Notes under the pieces: model-generated
The model's database searches: none
The model's input: the letters and a program-made list of their open reading frames with translations, nothing else
What the model was told of the DNA's origin: nothing
Translations under genes and position numbers: made by a program
Shown here: one piece after another, positions 23,780 to 37,616 of the stretch
Layout: the number at the start of each line of letters is the position of its first letter
Numbering within the stretch: position 1 is the first letter of the stretch
DNA from: Nemertoderma westbladi
Lineage: Eukaryota; Animalia; Xenacoelomorpha
Direction of reading: 5' to 3'
NCBI GenBank assembly: GCA_032718475.1
Contig: JAUCBJ010008209.1
Location: 1-64,000, forward strand
Length of the DNA stretch: 64,000 nucleotides

Positions 23780-24520
23780 AATTACAGTCCTTGTATCCTT
23801 TAATAAGTATCTGAGCCAGACTTGTCCACTACTCCAACTGAAACTCAGGTGAGAGTGCAGGAACTCGAAAGTCTTCCCCATCAGCCCAAAGGATAAAACA
23901 CTTGTTCCAACATGCAGTATATGCATCCCGGGAGAGGCCATCAACATCTTCTCCAACCTCGCCAGCATATTTTATTTTAATAGGAATATAAATAACACTG
24001 GGATGTTTAAAATATTTATTCATGTCGTTCAGAATTGTCTTCCGATCTATCAGCAACACTTCTTCTTTGAAACCATTGCCCTTGTCATTCTCAAACGGAA
24101 CCTCACTTTGTCCCAGGGATTGATTGGTATATTGCTTCATCAATGAGCGTAGCAAAAACGAGTTGGTGCACGCACATTTTCTCATGGTCGTAAACTCATA
24201 CTGGGATTACTCCCGGGTGCGGCAGGTTGTATATTTTCCTCCAGTTCCAATGTAATAAATTCCTCTTCTCCCTCAACCAACAAGCTATCAGCATCAAACA
24301 AAATAGGATCTTCCAGTACATCAGGGTCAGAGTTTCCTATTGACTGAATCTCTTCTTGTTGTTGTGTTGAAACTCCAACCATAGACCTCGACATCATAAT
24401 CACTGTTGACTCGGGTTGCTGAGCAACAGTGGACTCCTGCATTGGAGGATAAATATTAGTATTGGAATTGATACATGTATTCGCAACGTAAAACCATAGG
24501 ATTTTCAATCCTGTTTCCAA
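23780..24520 (-). pseudogene. HECT-like E3 ligase relic
   Basis: IKYAGEVGEDVDGLSRDAYTACW...GEDFRVPALSPEF resembles the HECT N-lobe F.GE.G.D..G..RE motif. Confidence 0.6.
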
Positions 24521-24789
24521 ATAATATTGCCCAACTGTCTTATTGAATTATTGAATGAATGATTCTTCCAGTAAGACTCTATCAGACCAGTCTATCAAAT
24601 TGAAAAAAAAAAAGAAAAAAAATATCTTGGAGGCATGCTATGCCTCCAAGACCCAAAAAAAATCGATTCTTAAGCTATTCATACCCCTATATCAATACTA
24701 TCAAACACAGCATTGACACTGTAAAAATCTGTGTGAATCTTGGAACTTTGAAACCTGTCTCAATTTAGGGGACTTGACTATACAATAAC

Positions 24790-26750
24790 TCCAAACACAT
24801 CAGCCCACCAGGTAAGCCTGGTATTTAAGATGGAAGTGAACAGCTTGCTGACAACACTAAGAAGAGTAATCCCCCTATAATTATTGGTGTCAATCCTCTC
24901 GCCTTTCCTCTTGTAGACTGGTGATAATATTCCTGTAGACCAGGCAGATGGGAAATTTCCAGAAAAGAGAATTAAGTTAAATATCCCCGTAATGATGGGG
25001 ACAAGTTGAGATTGCCCAAAGATTAAAAATTCATTTAGAATTACGTCCATGCCGCTCGCCTTACCTGTTTTCAGATGCCTGATTGCTTCCAGAACCTCAT
25101 CTTCAGCTAAAGGCTGACTAAGTTGAGTTTTGAAAATATTTTTAGCATCTTCGAGATCAATGTTTGTTTCAAGAGTAACCCCCACATCTTCAAATGGCCC
25201 ACCATTACTGGACAATACAGCAAAGTGTTGCTTAAAATTATCTAAACTAGGCCCTACCTTGTTAGCTAGCTTGACATTCGAAGATGACTTTAATGACTTC
25301 CATTACTTCTTGTTGTCACATACCTTGAGATTTTCCAATCTGGAACTCTGACTTTTCTTAAATTTGTACTTTGCCATTCTAATGGCCCTGGCATACGCTA
25401 CGCTGCCCTTATAGTTACAAGGTTTGCTCTTGATTCTGACGACACACTGGATTTCCAATCAAGTGTTGCTCTCCTGAAGGCATATTTGCTCTCTAAGCAT
25501 TCGCTATCATACCAAGGTTGAGTCTGAGAAGGATATGTGATGTCGTCACTAATGCGGGTTGAGGTGGAGGATCTAAAGAAGGGATCTGCAGCAGCTAAAA
25601 TAGTTTCGTTGAACTTGTTAACAACCTTATCCACACCATCCTCATCCATGGTGTCAATGCTATCATTGATCATATCTAAAATACAGTTCCAGTCACTAGT
25701 TAAATTAAGCGATTCTAGCCTTCTAACAAAGTCCTCCAGAAAAATTCTGGTTCCATTTATACTTGATGCTTGTATCATCTACCCTACTTTGGATTGAAGC
25801 AATAGTCCTGGGTGAGGGATTTGGGAGTTCGATAGAAAACTGTGCTGAAATCACACAATATGTTGAAAATATATTAGGACCCCCAATATCAAAACTCAGG
25901 CAACGCTTAAGGACTGGTGTTCGTCCTAACATATAGTCAATTGTTGATTGGCCCATTTTCTTAAAGAAAGTAAAATTACCAACAGATTTATCACTGCCAA
26001 TTCGGCCATTAAATATTCTTATACCTGAAACAATACATAAGGCTAAAGGTCTATGACCATATGTATTGACTACCATGTCCTTATTTGCTCTACTAGACTG
26101 AACACAACTAGTTGCAAGGTCTAAGTCGTCACATACATAATCATCCGGTAAATAATCCAATAGATTAGATAGGCTAAGCGAATCATTATCAATATAGTCA
26201 TTTCTAGTACCTGTTCTTACATTTAAGTCACCTACAATTAACAGATTTTCAGAATCACTTATAGCACTAATAGCATTCTCGATAAAATCGAAGGTTGATA
26301 TGGGATCACTTTCTTGTGCAGTAGATTTTGAAGTTAGATATATACTGCACATATTAGAGACTTTGACCAGCTCTAACCCAGAGTAGGTCTTCATGCGGGA
26401 AAATATCCTCCAGTGCGATAAAGGTGCTTAATTCCTGCTTATAATATATAATTATTCCGCCACTAAAACGTTTAGCACTTTTATGCTTTAATTTACGAAA
26501 ATTTACAAAAAATTTATAACCAGGAATATCAACACTGTGAACAAAGTTAGGGTTCAACCAGGTTTCAGCACAGATAATTAGATCATATTTACTAACAAGC
26601 TTCAAGAAGTTAGAATCACCTAATTTCGAAATTAGTCCATCAACATTTAAAAAACCCACGTTTAAGTATGCTGGTATAAAAGTAGAGGGTCCACAAAAGT
26701 CTGTGGAAGTGCAAGTGCTATCCACCACGTGCGTCAGGGGTGGTCCCATT
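24790..26750 (-). mobile_element. RTEX-like LINE ORF2 relic (APE endonuclease + RT N-terminus)
   Basis: FLNVDGL, CAETWL, GDLNVRTG, STIDY, KTGKASGMD, NNYRGITLLSVVSKLFTSILNTRL; frameshifts. Confidence 0.85.
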
Positions 26751-27189
26751 GGTGTTTATAGGGATGATAGTGGTAGCCAAACTGTTATTATCCATAACGT
26801 TAGTGTAACTTAACCTGGCTCCACTCGCAACTGGTGCAAGTGCAGGTACAGAATTACCAATAGCCTGGATGGACTTAATAGTTTCACTAGCACCTTTTTT
26901 GAATTTTTTCTGCTTTGGCTTCCTTTGTTTGTCCGAGGTTGTTTTTTTTCTCTAAAAACTTTAAAGAATCATTGTTACTGTTAGTTCGGTGTTGCAAATT
27001 TTCTAAACCACCATTGAGTCTATTTGTTCTATGAGTGCAATTACGGTTTGACTTCCTAGTAACAGTTGTAATATCCATGTAAGTGTAAAACAGTAAAAGT
27101 GGGTACTGGTGTGCTATAGGTAACCCCCCCCCCCCCCCCCCCCTCAAAATTTTTTTATTATACCTAATTTTTAGACAAATTGTTTTTTT

Positions 27190-28270
27190 GAATCTGTTTC
27201 CAGCTTGCTCACGGAAGGGCCTGAACCAAGCTGAAAGCCGTTTGGACAATATAATGTCATAAAGCTTACACAAACTGTCAGCAACACTTATTCCACGATA
27301 GTTATTACATGAATTACGTTTTCCTCGTTTAAAAATGACATGCAAACTATTTTTTTGCTGTGACTTCCTTAAACGTTATCGGATCGTCCAGGATTGGGAT
27401 ATATACATTTTCCGCTCCATTATTTCCGCCCCCCAGATTGGCAGTTGGATTGGTTGTATTTGTTGATCCTTCGAGAAGGTTTTCAAAGTGAGTTTTGAAA
27501 TCCTCGTTTGTTGGAGTTTCATTTTCATCGCTATCATTTACTTCTAAATTTCCATTCCAGTTTATTCCTTTCCAAATTGCTTTGGAGTCGTTCGACTTAA
27601 TCAGATTTTCTCATCTGTTATTATTAGTCGCTGTCTCTCTTGATTTCGTATTCGACTTTGCAGAATTAGCGGCGATATTAATTGCATCAATAAGGTCATC
27701 TATTTGTCCATCAATATCACCTGAATCGGTACAAGGTGGCGTTATTGAATTTAGATGTTCTTTAATTTTGATGGGCTCCACTATTTGATTGATAAGGCGA
27801 GTCATTTGGTGGTAGGTAAAACGAACCAAAAACGATATCTGGAATTCATTTAAAAGAAACCCAGATTTGATCATCAAACGATGTATCTATGCATAGTATG
27901 CTGTCAACCATCCAATGCTTATAGAGAACGGCTACATCTCCTCAATGTCCAGCAATGGAAGTCGACAACTCTGAGCGGAAACCTGGGACTTTGATACGCT
28001 TATTAGTTTTTATTTTATTGATAAATACAATGTCATACTTTATACTAAATGTTCAAGAATATGAGTCTTCTCTAGTTTGTCCGTTACCCCATTAATATTC
28101 CACGAAGCTATCGATATTCGATAGCACGCAGATACCCCATTAAAATGAGTTACCGCAAAAACGACGGAGCCCACGAGTCGATTACGACAACGTCCCGTAG
28201 AACTTGACGTTTCTTCCATTCGAAAGTAACGTTGCAGCCTTCATTTTGATGAAAACCAATTTCACAATAT
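27190..28270 (-). mobile_element. Second LINE ORF2 relic
   Basis: IFKRGKRNSCNNYRGISVADSLCKLYDIILSKRL..FREQAG; upstream tether-like fragments. Confidence 0.7.
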
Positions 28271-28799
28271 CCCTTTAGGTATGTATGGGCTCCGTCCGTA
28301 GTCTACCTTTGTAATGCATGCTGTAGTTTATAACACACTGTTTATTACTCAGGATTTTGACATCAATTTGGCAACAACACTCGGTCAGGTGATGACATCC
28401 CTTCCATGTACATGGGTGGTGATGATGATCGATGAAGTGGCATGTCATTGATGCCTAGAAACGTCGTCTTCCATTGCATCCTCCTTGTCGTCTGTTATTG
28501 GTGGCAATATCTCGTTCAGTGCGTCTGTAGACTTTTCTGCTTCATCTCTAACTGAATAATAAAATTACAATTCGGAAATATTGGCACTTTCATGTAGATT
28601 TATATTTGACTTTAATTTACCTTTGACTTATTATATAAATGTAATAATAATTAAAATAATACGGTAATAGGGAAGAGTATGCCTATGGATAAACGAAATG
28701 TATGCTTAATTAACACAGCTTTGATTCGAGATTCGGTTTCTGAAAGCTCCGTTGCGAATAAGCCCACGGTATATTGTAACATATTGTTATTGCTATCCT

Positions 28800-29790
28800 A
28801 TAATAGTACCGGCACAGTATTATACTGTAGGCACAAACCTGAGACTTTTCGCTGATCAATATACGAATGGTGAGCTATTCTTATGGCGACCTCAAGCGCT
28901 GAATTGGTATAATCAGTGCTTTGCTGATTAATATTCTTTAATATACTATATATCCCTAACTTCTTAAACGATAATTTACCCAACCTCCCTGTTAGGTTGG
29001 CCTTTTTGGCAAAGTCCCTTGTTATGAATTGTTTTAGTTGCCTCTTCACGGCATCCCTCAAGTTATGACCCCTGAGTCGACGTAAGTTCTGTGAGCGCTG
29101 GGCATGTGATAGCATTTATAACACTTATTCTGTACCTGGAGTTAACACTTCAGGTTGGAGCGGATTGATTGGATTGGATTAAGGTTTCCATGTCACTCAT
29201 TCTCTTTGATAGACTTAACAGTGTACTCCTGTTCCCTTTTGTCATTAGATATATTGCCTCCAATAGTTGCAACTCTGAACTTTTCTCAGTCGGCCTTGTG
29301 GAATTCCTAGATGTGGTAGTTGACATAGCCATGCCACCAACATTTTTGAAGGGGGCATTTGGTTGCTTTAAAGGGGAATGGCGCGGCGGATTGACGTATT
29401 TTCGAAATGTTGGATGTTGACATGCCCGCTGTATCTTTTGGAGAAGAAATATTAGTAGATCGAATTGGAGCGGATTCACAAATGCAATGGGAAAACCTAA
29501 TTTTGAGATACGATTGGAACCTTGGACATGTTTGGGAAGGTGCAGAAACTCGTGGTAAAGCCTGGAATATTTGTTTAAAACTGTAATTATCCCACTTCAT
29601 TTGCCTCGCTTTTTATAAAATGAGGGAGAAGGTATCATCTCCTAAATTGCCATGGGTTAGAATTTGACACCTGTATATCTTATCACCATATCGCACATCG
29701 TAAAATCCACCTTAAATTGATGGGATTCCACTGGGATAATTTATTACATCTGTAATATTGGTTGAAAAATACTGGCCATCTTCCCTGCAA
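28800..29790 (-). pseudogene. DUF4806-like gene relic (probably transposon accessory ORF)
   Basis: LRGHNLRDAVKRQLKQFITRDFAKKANLTGRLGKLSFKKLGIYSIL resembles DUF4806. Confidence 0.45.
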
Positions 29791-31774
29791 TAAATAAACT
29801 ATCACATCTTTATGTTGTGCCAACATTATGTATAATGTTTATGATCGTCAACTGAAAATATTAAAGCAAACAAGGTCAAGGCTGAATACAATAGCCTACA
29901 TGCGAGACAGGTGGATAGAGGCCAATGAAGCAAATCCCATCTAGCTGAACCACTGAAGAGTACATTTAAAAAGTTAATTACACTACAGTAGTTAATATTT
30001 TCTAACAATTAATTATTACAAAGTATGGAAACATAGTATACATTGGTTGCTTTATACACGCATGGCATACAAATGCACCATTGGAAATTGAGACAGTTTC
30101 CAGAAAAAGGCGTTTCCTTTATAATATGGTGCAAATAGTAAAACTACATACATACAGTATGAAACTTTTACAGTGATTTTAGGAGCCCATTCTGAGTGAA
30201 ATTAGTTGTAATTCTCAAAACGTTTTCTATACCAAATGTCAAAAACTTGTTATACTGTGAACTTGTGAGACTTGTTATTGAGATATTGGCGTTCAAACAT
30301 TTGAGTCGGGAGGACTGACGGGTGAGCAGACTGACTCGCTTCGAACGGAGTGACTTCGTGGATTGCCTCGCACAAAAGGGGTCACCATTCTTTTTTTAAG
30401 GGATTTCGACAAACTTTACTATATTTAATGCAGACTAGCATCGTAGCATGTGTCATTTCGTATATGTGTTAATGTGGCGATCTAGGGAGGCGGTCTGGTT
30501 ACTTATTGTAGTGCAAGGAGGTGTGGTCCGGTTATGTACTGTACAAGCTTCTGTGGCCATGCCACTAGCTCTCACATGGGAGACAGTGCATTTGATGTAG
30601 AGCTTGTGAGGTCCTGTTGCCGTGACAAAAGTGTAAAATATTTAGACTGTTTTAATGTCAGCAGGATTTCTGATCTTCCCTGAAAAATTGCGTGATATTG
30701 TTGGGTGGTACTGTAGTTTCCTAGGACATTTGCTACGACAGTCGAAAGTTATCATCTATTGAGTGGTTCTTGTAAGTGGCTCTTGCAAGTGGCTCTTGTG
30801 CTACTTTTGTTGGAGATATGACAAGAGGCTCAACCGCTACATATAAGGCTTTTAAAGCCACAAATTATCACTTATTTGCTTTATGAAAAGGCTCTTGTGT
30901 TGTACAACAGTATTTTATACGGTACATACTGTCAATAGCAGAGCTTTGGTTGAATTACTGTTTATAGGGAGATAAAACCAGCAGTTCACTCCTATTTTAG
31001 GCTCTTGTGCTATTCTATATTCCTTATTTTTAGCTGTAATTTGTAAGTAAAAAAAAGGTATATACCTAATAATATGTACCAAAAACAATATAACATATAT
31101 TACTCTGGAAATTTATAATTAGCAAATCAGAAAGTTTCTTATTCTTATTTCGACGGTGGTCCAAGGATGCACAATATGTTGTGTTGTGCCTTCAGAGGGG
31201 AAGACAATGTTCATAGTCCTTTTCTGCAGAAACGCCCTCAGTGAGTACCTCCCTCCATATGTAATTTTCAAGGGTGTCCCAACTGCTGATATGACCTTCA
31301 CCTGGCAGTGGGGGGTTCACCCAACACAGCTTATAACATAACAACTTGTGGTTGGATGGAAGACTACGTATTCGAGGCTTGATTTTAAGATGTCTTCCTT
31401 CCATCAGTGGCTGATAAGCCTAAGCCTATTATTGTACTATTTGATGGTTATGGTTCACACCTGATGTACCAAACTGCTGTTTTAGCCAAAGAATCCAAAG
31501 TCAGCTTGATCTGTATTTGCCACATACATCGCATGCGAAAGAAATCGCCAGCAAAGAGGGCATGGTATAATATTCTATCTACATTCTATTGCGAATTACA
31601 GCATAAAACAGTACAGAAGCCAGCATTCCCAACATTGCTAAACGAGCTGTTTCTTATTGCTTTCAAGGGTACACCATTATACTTAATCAAGGGGTTCGAA
31701 AAGTCTGTCCATTAAACAAGTTTGCAGAGTTCCACAACATAAGATACTTCCATCACTTGCCTTCACTTGCCAGT

Positions 31775-32800
31775 TAACAACTTGGATTATGAGCATGACT
31801 TAGCAAAGTTTGATGTTTTATGTAGAAGAGCAGCTGCCTGTGCGAATCGAAATTTTAGTGGAAAGTGTATAAGAGATGATATGGTGCTCTATAAAGTGAA
31901 TGTGAAAGAACGTGGTCCAGAGATTTTTAGGTTAGCCTGAATTCTTGATGAGAGAGAACAGAACTGGTTACACAATCAAGATGCCAAATTTAAAGAGATT
32001 ATGGAAGCAAAGATGGTTACGAGGCAGCAACTCCAATCAAGGGTAACAAAGTTACTGATAACTTGTAAAACTTGGGGTGGTCAAATAACAGATTTGTCTG
32101 AAATCGATGAAGTACTTGAGGTAACTGACCAAGATCATAAAAAGGTTCTATGTAACGAAATTATATTCCATCGCCATTCCCATCCATGGGAGTTTCAAAT
32201 CAACCCAAGCTTATATAAGGTAATGAGGCATAGCGAAATTGACTTAAAGGCGAATCTGGCAGGAATAATTGCAAACTATAGTAGTAGAAGTGGGTCAAAG
32301 AATATACCACTACCGGATGAGAATGACATGATTCGAACTTTCGATATTCGCATTGAACCACAACTTGTAGGATGACGATTAAGTGAGCCTGAATATAATA
32401 ACTCTCAGCCTGATGTGACCCATGGAAGTGAATCTGACTCACTGTATAACAATGGATTTACGCCGATAGTGAATGAACCACTCGTTGTAATTTGGCATCT
32501 TCCAACTGGATGAGTATGGTATATTGCAATGTGCCTTCAGTTGAATAGTTCTAATAATGATGGATATAAGGTTGAACATCTTAATCGAATCGATGAAGCT
32601 AGTGATGTTAAGTAGAGATATCCTTCATCACCTGATATACAGTCGATCACAAAACTTCAAATTATTCCTATAAATGTTGTTGGATCATGGGATCTTTCGA
32701 CATCAGTAAGATCAATGAACTTTAAACCCTTCAACCATCATGCAATAAATGCCCTATTCAAAGGATTTTATTGTCCTGGGCTTACTAAATATGTAATTGT
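31775..32800 (+). pseudogene. Unidentified transposase-like C-terminal relic inside the pogo element
   Basis: Decayed coding sequence (CKTWGGQITDLSEI...KKVLCNEIIFHR) unrelated to DDE_1, lying between pogo segments. Confidence 0.35.
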
Positions 32801-33074
32801 AGTACTAATAATACTGTACCGGTATTAAATATTACAACTGTCAAATCCCAATATTCATGTTTTATTTGAATTCATAACCATTCCCATACTGAATTATAAT
32901 TATACTATGAACCGCTTCAGATTAAGCTTATATATTTTCAATTGCTGTATGCTCATTTTGACTGCACTAAAAGCTGAAAAGTAGAACATATTTGGAATCA
33001 TCATAAAAATACCTATTGATCATTGAAATGATTTGCTATTGATCAACTATTTTCAACAACTTTTATGAAATTAC

Positions 33075-33605
33075 CCCCTGTACTACCGACGACCCCTATT
33101 ACCACCACCACTACAACTCCAACTATTGCCACTCCTTCAACTCCAGCTATTACGACCCCTGCAACTCCAACTGTTACCACCACCACTACAACTCCAACTA
33201 TTAACACTCCTTCAACTCCAGCTTAGGTTCCACCTTGGTGTAGTGGTTGCATTGAATTCACATCTCCCGTAGGTCGTGGGTTCGATCCTCACACGGGCCA
33301 TGGCGGTTTTCGTTTCGGCACGAATGCTTTAAAGGGACCAGCCAGGGCGCATCTCTGCCTTACATCCTTAAGTGGTAGCTAAATGAGTACTGGAGTTTCC
33401 TCTGGGAAGTAAAGTTCTGGGGGGACTGCACTGGAAATAAGTTGTCACAATTTGTGCGTAATCCCTGGCCTATTGGCCGAAGAAAATTTACTTTACTTTT
33501 ACTTTTAGCTATTACCACCCCTGCAACTCCAACTGTTACCACCACTACAACTCCAACTATTTCCACTCCTTCAACTCCAGCTGTTACCACCCCTGAAACT
33601 CCAGC
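33075..33605 (+). repeat. Thr/Pro-coding minisatellite (ACTCCAACT/ACCACC units) split by a SINE
   Basis: Repeated CAACTCCA(A/G)CT(A/G)TTACCACC units on both sides of 33224-33506. Confidence 0.8.
33224..33506 (+). mobile_element. tRNA-derived SINE with Meta-like central domain
   Basis: A box TGGTGTAGTGG (33236), B box GGTTCGATCC (33279), core CTCTGCCTTACATCCTTAAGTGGTAGCTAAATGAGTACT, (TTTAC)n tail, AGCT duplicated at both junctions. Confidence 0.85.
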
Positions 33606-36429
33606 CTTGCCCCGTCAACTAACTCCCAGAAAAGCGTTACGTGAAGCTATAATACAGGTGATAAAACCTGTTCAAAGTGCTTCTACTATAGCAGCTGTTA
33701 ACAATATGAAGAAGCCAAGGAAGAGAATACAGATAAAATGCGGTGAAGTGATTACTGGCGAAGAAACATTGGGATGTCTTAAGTTAGAGGAGGAAGAACG
33801 AGCTAGGAAAAGGGCAGGGAAAGCAGCAGCAAAAACAGTGGGTAAAGGTTGTAGACGTGGGAAAGGATATGAAAAGCGTCAGTCTCAAGCTCAACATCTA
33901 TGCCTGTAATCAATACATCCATATGCTATATTTGCATGAAGTTGATCCACCTCATAATCGTGACGAGGAAGAAAGCGATGAGGATATTGATTGGGTTGGA
34001 TGTAACACATGCATCCGATGGTTCCATGTTATATGTGTGGATGATGTTGACAATCCCTGTAATATATGCTAAATTGCTAACTTTGTGTAACATTGTAACT
34101 CAAACTGCATGAAATGTGCTATTATATTTCATATTATCGAACTGACGAACTTTTACTGTATCACGTGTTATAGTAAGTACTAGTAGTATTAAGGGCAAAA
34201 CCTACAAGGCACTAAGGAGGAAATAGTTAGCCTATTAAGTATAAATAAGGGGGAAACCTACATGGGCCACATACTTATTTATTCTTACCGTTCTGAAGAA
34301 ATCCTTTGGTAGCCTCCATGGTGATTCGATTCTGTTATCCAGAATATATGTAGTTATATATATCCAGTTTTTTATATGTAGTTATACATATTAATTTGCT
34401 TCAGATATTATATCCGAATATTTCATTCTCGAACAGACAATAATTATAGTATAATGTTAATGATACTAGATAGAAATAAGCGCTATAAAAGAACTTAATA
34501 AATAAGGAGATTAAAATTTAAAAAAAGGATTAAAGTTAGGACTTATAATAAATAATATTACTAACCAGTAGCTGATTTGCGCACTGGCCTATCATCGACG
34601 GCACACAATAAGAACATTTCCAACCCATGATTACACAAATGCATCTTCTGAATTTGCCATGGGGATTCGTCAAGGCGTCCTTTAATACAGGCCATGCAGA
34701 CGAGATTCAGGCAAAATTAGCGTAGGCTGAAAGTTTTACAATGGGCTATGTTAATGGACGCCTTGGCTCCACCCCCCTAGACCACCATTCAAGCTTAAAA
34801 ACTAACCAAAAATACAACAAATAAATGTCCTAACATGTACTTTATGGGTACCCGAATCTCACTAATACGGTCTAATTGTATGTATAAAATGTGCTAGAAC
34901 AACAGTTGACTAAAAAAATTGATATAGTAACTAGTATTAAAAATAGCATGGTTTGTGCACAAGGTGTAATAGTAAACAGAACCTTACCTCCACATAGAAA
35001 TATTCCACAATGAAAATACTCGAACCTCAGATAGCTCCAGCAAAATGACACTTTCGAACCAGTCTAATACTGGTCAAGATAATCAGCATTTTTCGAATCC
35101 GTTTGACGTAGAAATAGTAATATGTTCACTTTCAGCCAGAACAAATTTACATTTTATTTTAAAGTGGGGGTGCCTGGTGTGGTCACGCTTCACCACTGAA
35201 TTATCATCCTCTTCTTCATCATCATCTTCATGAGATTCATCATCTGAATCATCATCTTTATCAGATGACGTTGAAGATTCCTCGTGGTCAAAATGGCAAA
35301 TAATCTCCTTGCAAAGTCTCTGTCTTACAGTGCATGGTTTATTGAAGTGATGAAATGGATATTTGTCAATCATTAAACTACGGAGGCTAATCATTTTGGT
35401 GGTATCGTGCTCCTCTGTTCTAGTGGACAGTAGCTTTATCAGGAATTAAATTGACTCCTTTGGAGTCCATACAATTTTGTTATAATATATCCCTATATCC
35501 TGGTCAAAACTTGTACTATAGTATTTATGTATCCTCTTTGTGGCTATCTATACATTGATATATTGATTGTCAACAGGCATGATTATCTGCTTATCGACTA
35601 TACTGCTGTACTGCTTGCTCATTTCTGTATTTTGGGCCTACATAATAAATAGTGCAAACTTAGTAGAGTTTACTTGGGCTCAGGTGGAGCTTATTACGGA
35701 AGATTATGCCTATTTAGGGCTGGTGGAGTTCCATTCGCACTTGGGCAGAGCAGAGCGATTCAGGGTGTTACTGGAGCCGAATGATCTCGAACTATGAGAC
35801 TCCAAGTATCCGTATTATAATGTTTAAACTGTTCAGGTGAGGCATATCGCTTTAGCTCATACACAATCAGCCATCATTTATTATAACTATCATATCATTA
35901 TTGATCATATCTGTTAATATATATCATCTATCTGCGCTTTAATCAACTGCCTACTATTAAATGTATTTAGTTATTTTTTCCACTCTTGTAATCCCACAAT
36001 TGTAATTCCAGATTATCTACTTAAATATGCTCATTTTATTTGATCGAACTGTCATAATTGGCCATCATTAATTTGCATATTGCTTCAAAATTACTGTTTA
36101 ATGTTTGTTATCTTAATGTTTGTTTCCTTACCCTGCTTTAATTGCATGCCACACCCTACTGCTATTGGTCATCAACCATATGACTTACTGTTAAATTTCT
36201 ATAAAATTCCTATTAATTAGTTAATAATTATATTACTTAATAATAATTGCATCATTTCCATATCTTTGTTATTGTATTACCGTTTTCATAATCACTGTGC
36301 TTCATAATATAAATCAACCTTTCCAATCATTACCTCTCTTTGCAACTTCATTTAGTAGTTGTTCATATAAATAAAAAAAATTATTATTATTATTGGAAGT
36401 ACAATAGTAGCCAGAGCCATCATAACATG

Positions 36430-37616
36430 AACAAGGAGTATAGCGTAGTTGATCTAATTGAGAGTGTTTCACCACATGACAATATAGTCAAGTTATCCGA
36501 GAGCCTTCTGTCGCATGATACAGGTCCCCCAAATACAAACATATACAAGCTTGCTGGCATCGAAATCTCAGACCATGATATAGAGTCCTTACGAAACATT
36601 AATTGGTTAACTGGTTGAATCATTGAGGCAATTGCTAGGGAGTTTACCCGAAATTATTGAGGCAATACACATGTATTCTCTGTACGTTTCATCAAATTGC
36701 TCAAGTCCAAAGGTTATAAAGCGTTTAGGTCCTGGACTAAATCTAGCCTTATAACCTATGACTTCTTCTTCCTATTCAATTTTTGTAACTTCCACTGGGC
36801 TATTGCTTCCTTCTCCCCTAAGCATGAGTACCTGCAGTATTTTGACTCACTTGGCAAGACAAATTACGCCATTTTGGACAGCATCAGAGTTTGGATTACC
36901 CATGAATCTTCAAGGTTTGGCATAGAAGAACCCAATTACAGTGTTTTACCAACAAACAAAAGGTTTCAATTCAATGGTCATCAGTGTGGAGTTTATGTAT
37001 GTAAATTCATCCAATCTTGTCTTAATGGTGGATCGATTAACAACATTGATTATACTGATATTGAAAATTTTGCCTTGAGCTCCTAGATCTAGTAATTAAT
37101 CAAATGGTTCCTCATAGAACCTTACCTAACCTGGACAAATTGACACTCTTGACGTGCCACCCTAACTTGTCAAAGCGACCATTGCTGTAAGTACGCCTGA
37201 CGATAACTGGTTTCCTTCATCAGAGTCAGACAGTCCAGGTCCATCATCCTGAATCATTTCACCGAGTCCTTATGACCCATTACTCAGTGCCAATGAACAG
37301 AGATCACGCCTCAAATGCCCCATCTGCAATGAGATGTGTGCCATAAACAAGAAGACTCGAGCCTTTCATGTTCATGGTCCACTCAAAAACAGAATCTAAT
37401 CCTGGAATGCAATACCAGCCCCCCGAAGTCATTTCATTTGGCATTCTGGAAGGAACATCCTCATTGCAAAGTGGAATTGGAGGTGATGTGCCCCAGAAAA
37501 TGCAAACCACTGTTGAAGGTAATGGGGTTCATGCTGTTCCAGATCAAGACAGATGTGCCACCTGTAATGAAATCAATCAGCGAAAACTCTTGGGAACATG
37601 CTCTCAGTGCATGTAA
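36430..37616 (+). mobile_element. CRE/NeSL-like retrotransposon relic with Ulp1 (C48) protease, zinc finger and truncated PHD
   Basis: DIESLRNINWL; NFHWAI, YFDSL, QFNGHQCGVYVC (H-D-Q-C catalytic set); then CPICNEMC and CATCNE...CSQC; homologous to 14530-15212. Confidence 0.75.

Larger units (their letters stand above)
31190..34072 (+). pseudogene. pogo-like DDE_1 transposase relic with C-terminal PHD, interrupted by insertions
   Basis: YLPPYVIFKG; KPIIVLFDGYGSHL; IKGFEKS; GEVITGEE; DWVGCNTCIRWFHVIC. Confidence 0.75.

Noticed and set aside
24625-24651. 12-bp perfect hairpin as a terminator or Helitron end
   Set aside because: Eukaryotic DNA; no CTRR end or other supporting structure.
33230-33300. 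tRNA gene
   Set aside because: A and B boxes present but no complete cloverleaf; continues into SINE body and tail.
34980-35530. Acidic ORF fragment 35083-35394
   Set aside because: Looks like decayed coding sequence but no recognisable family.
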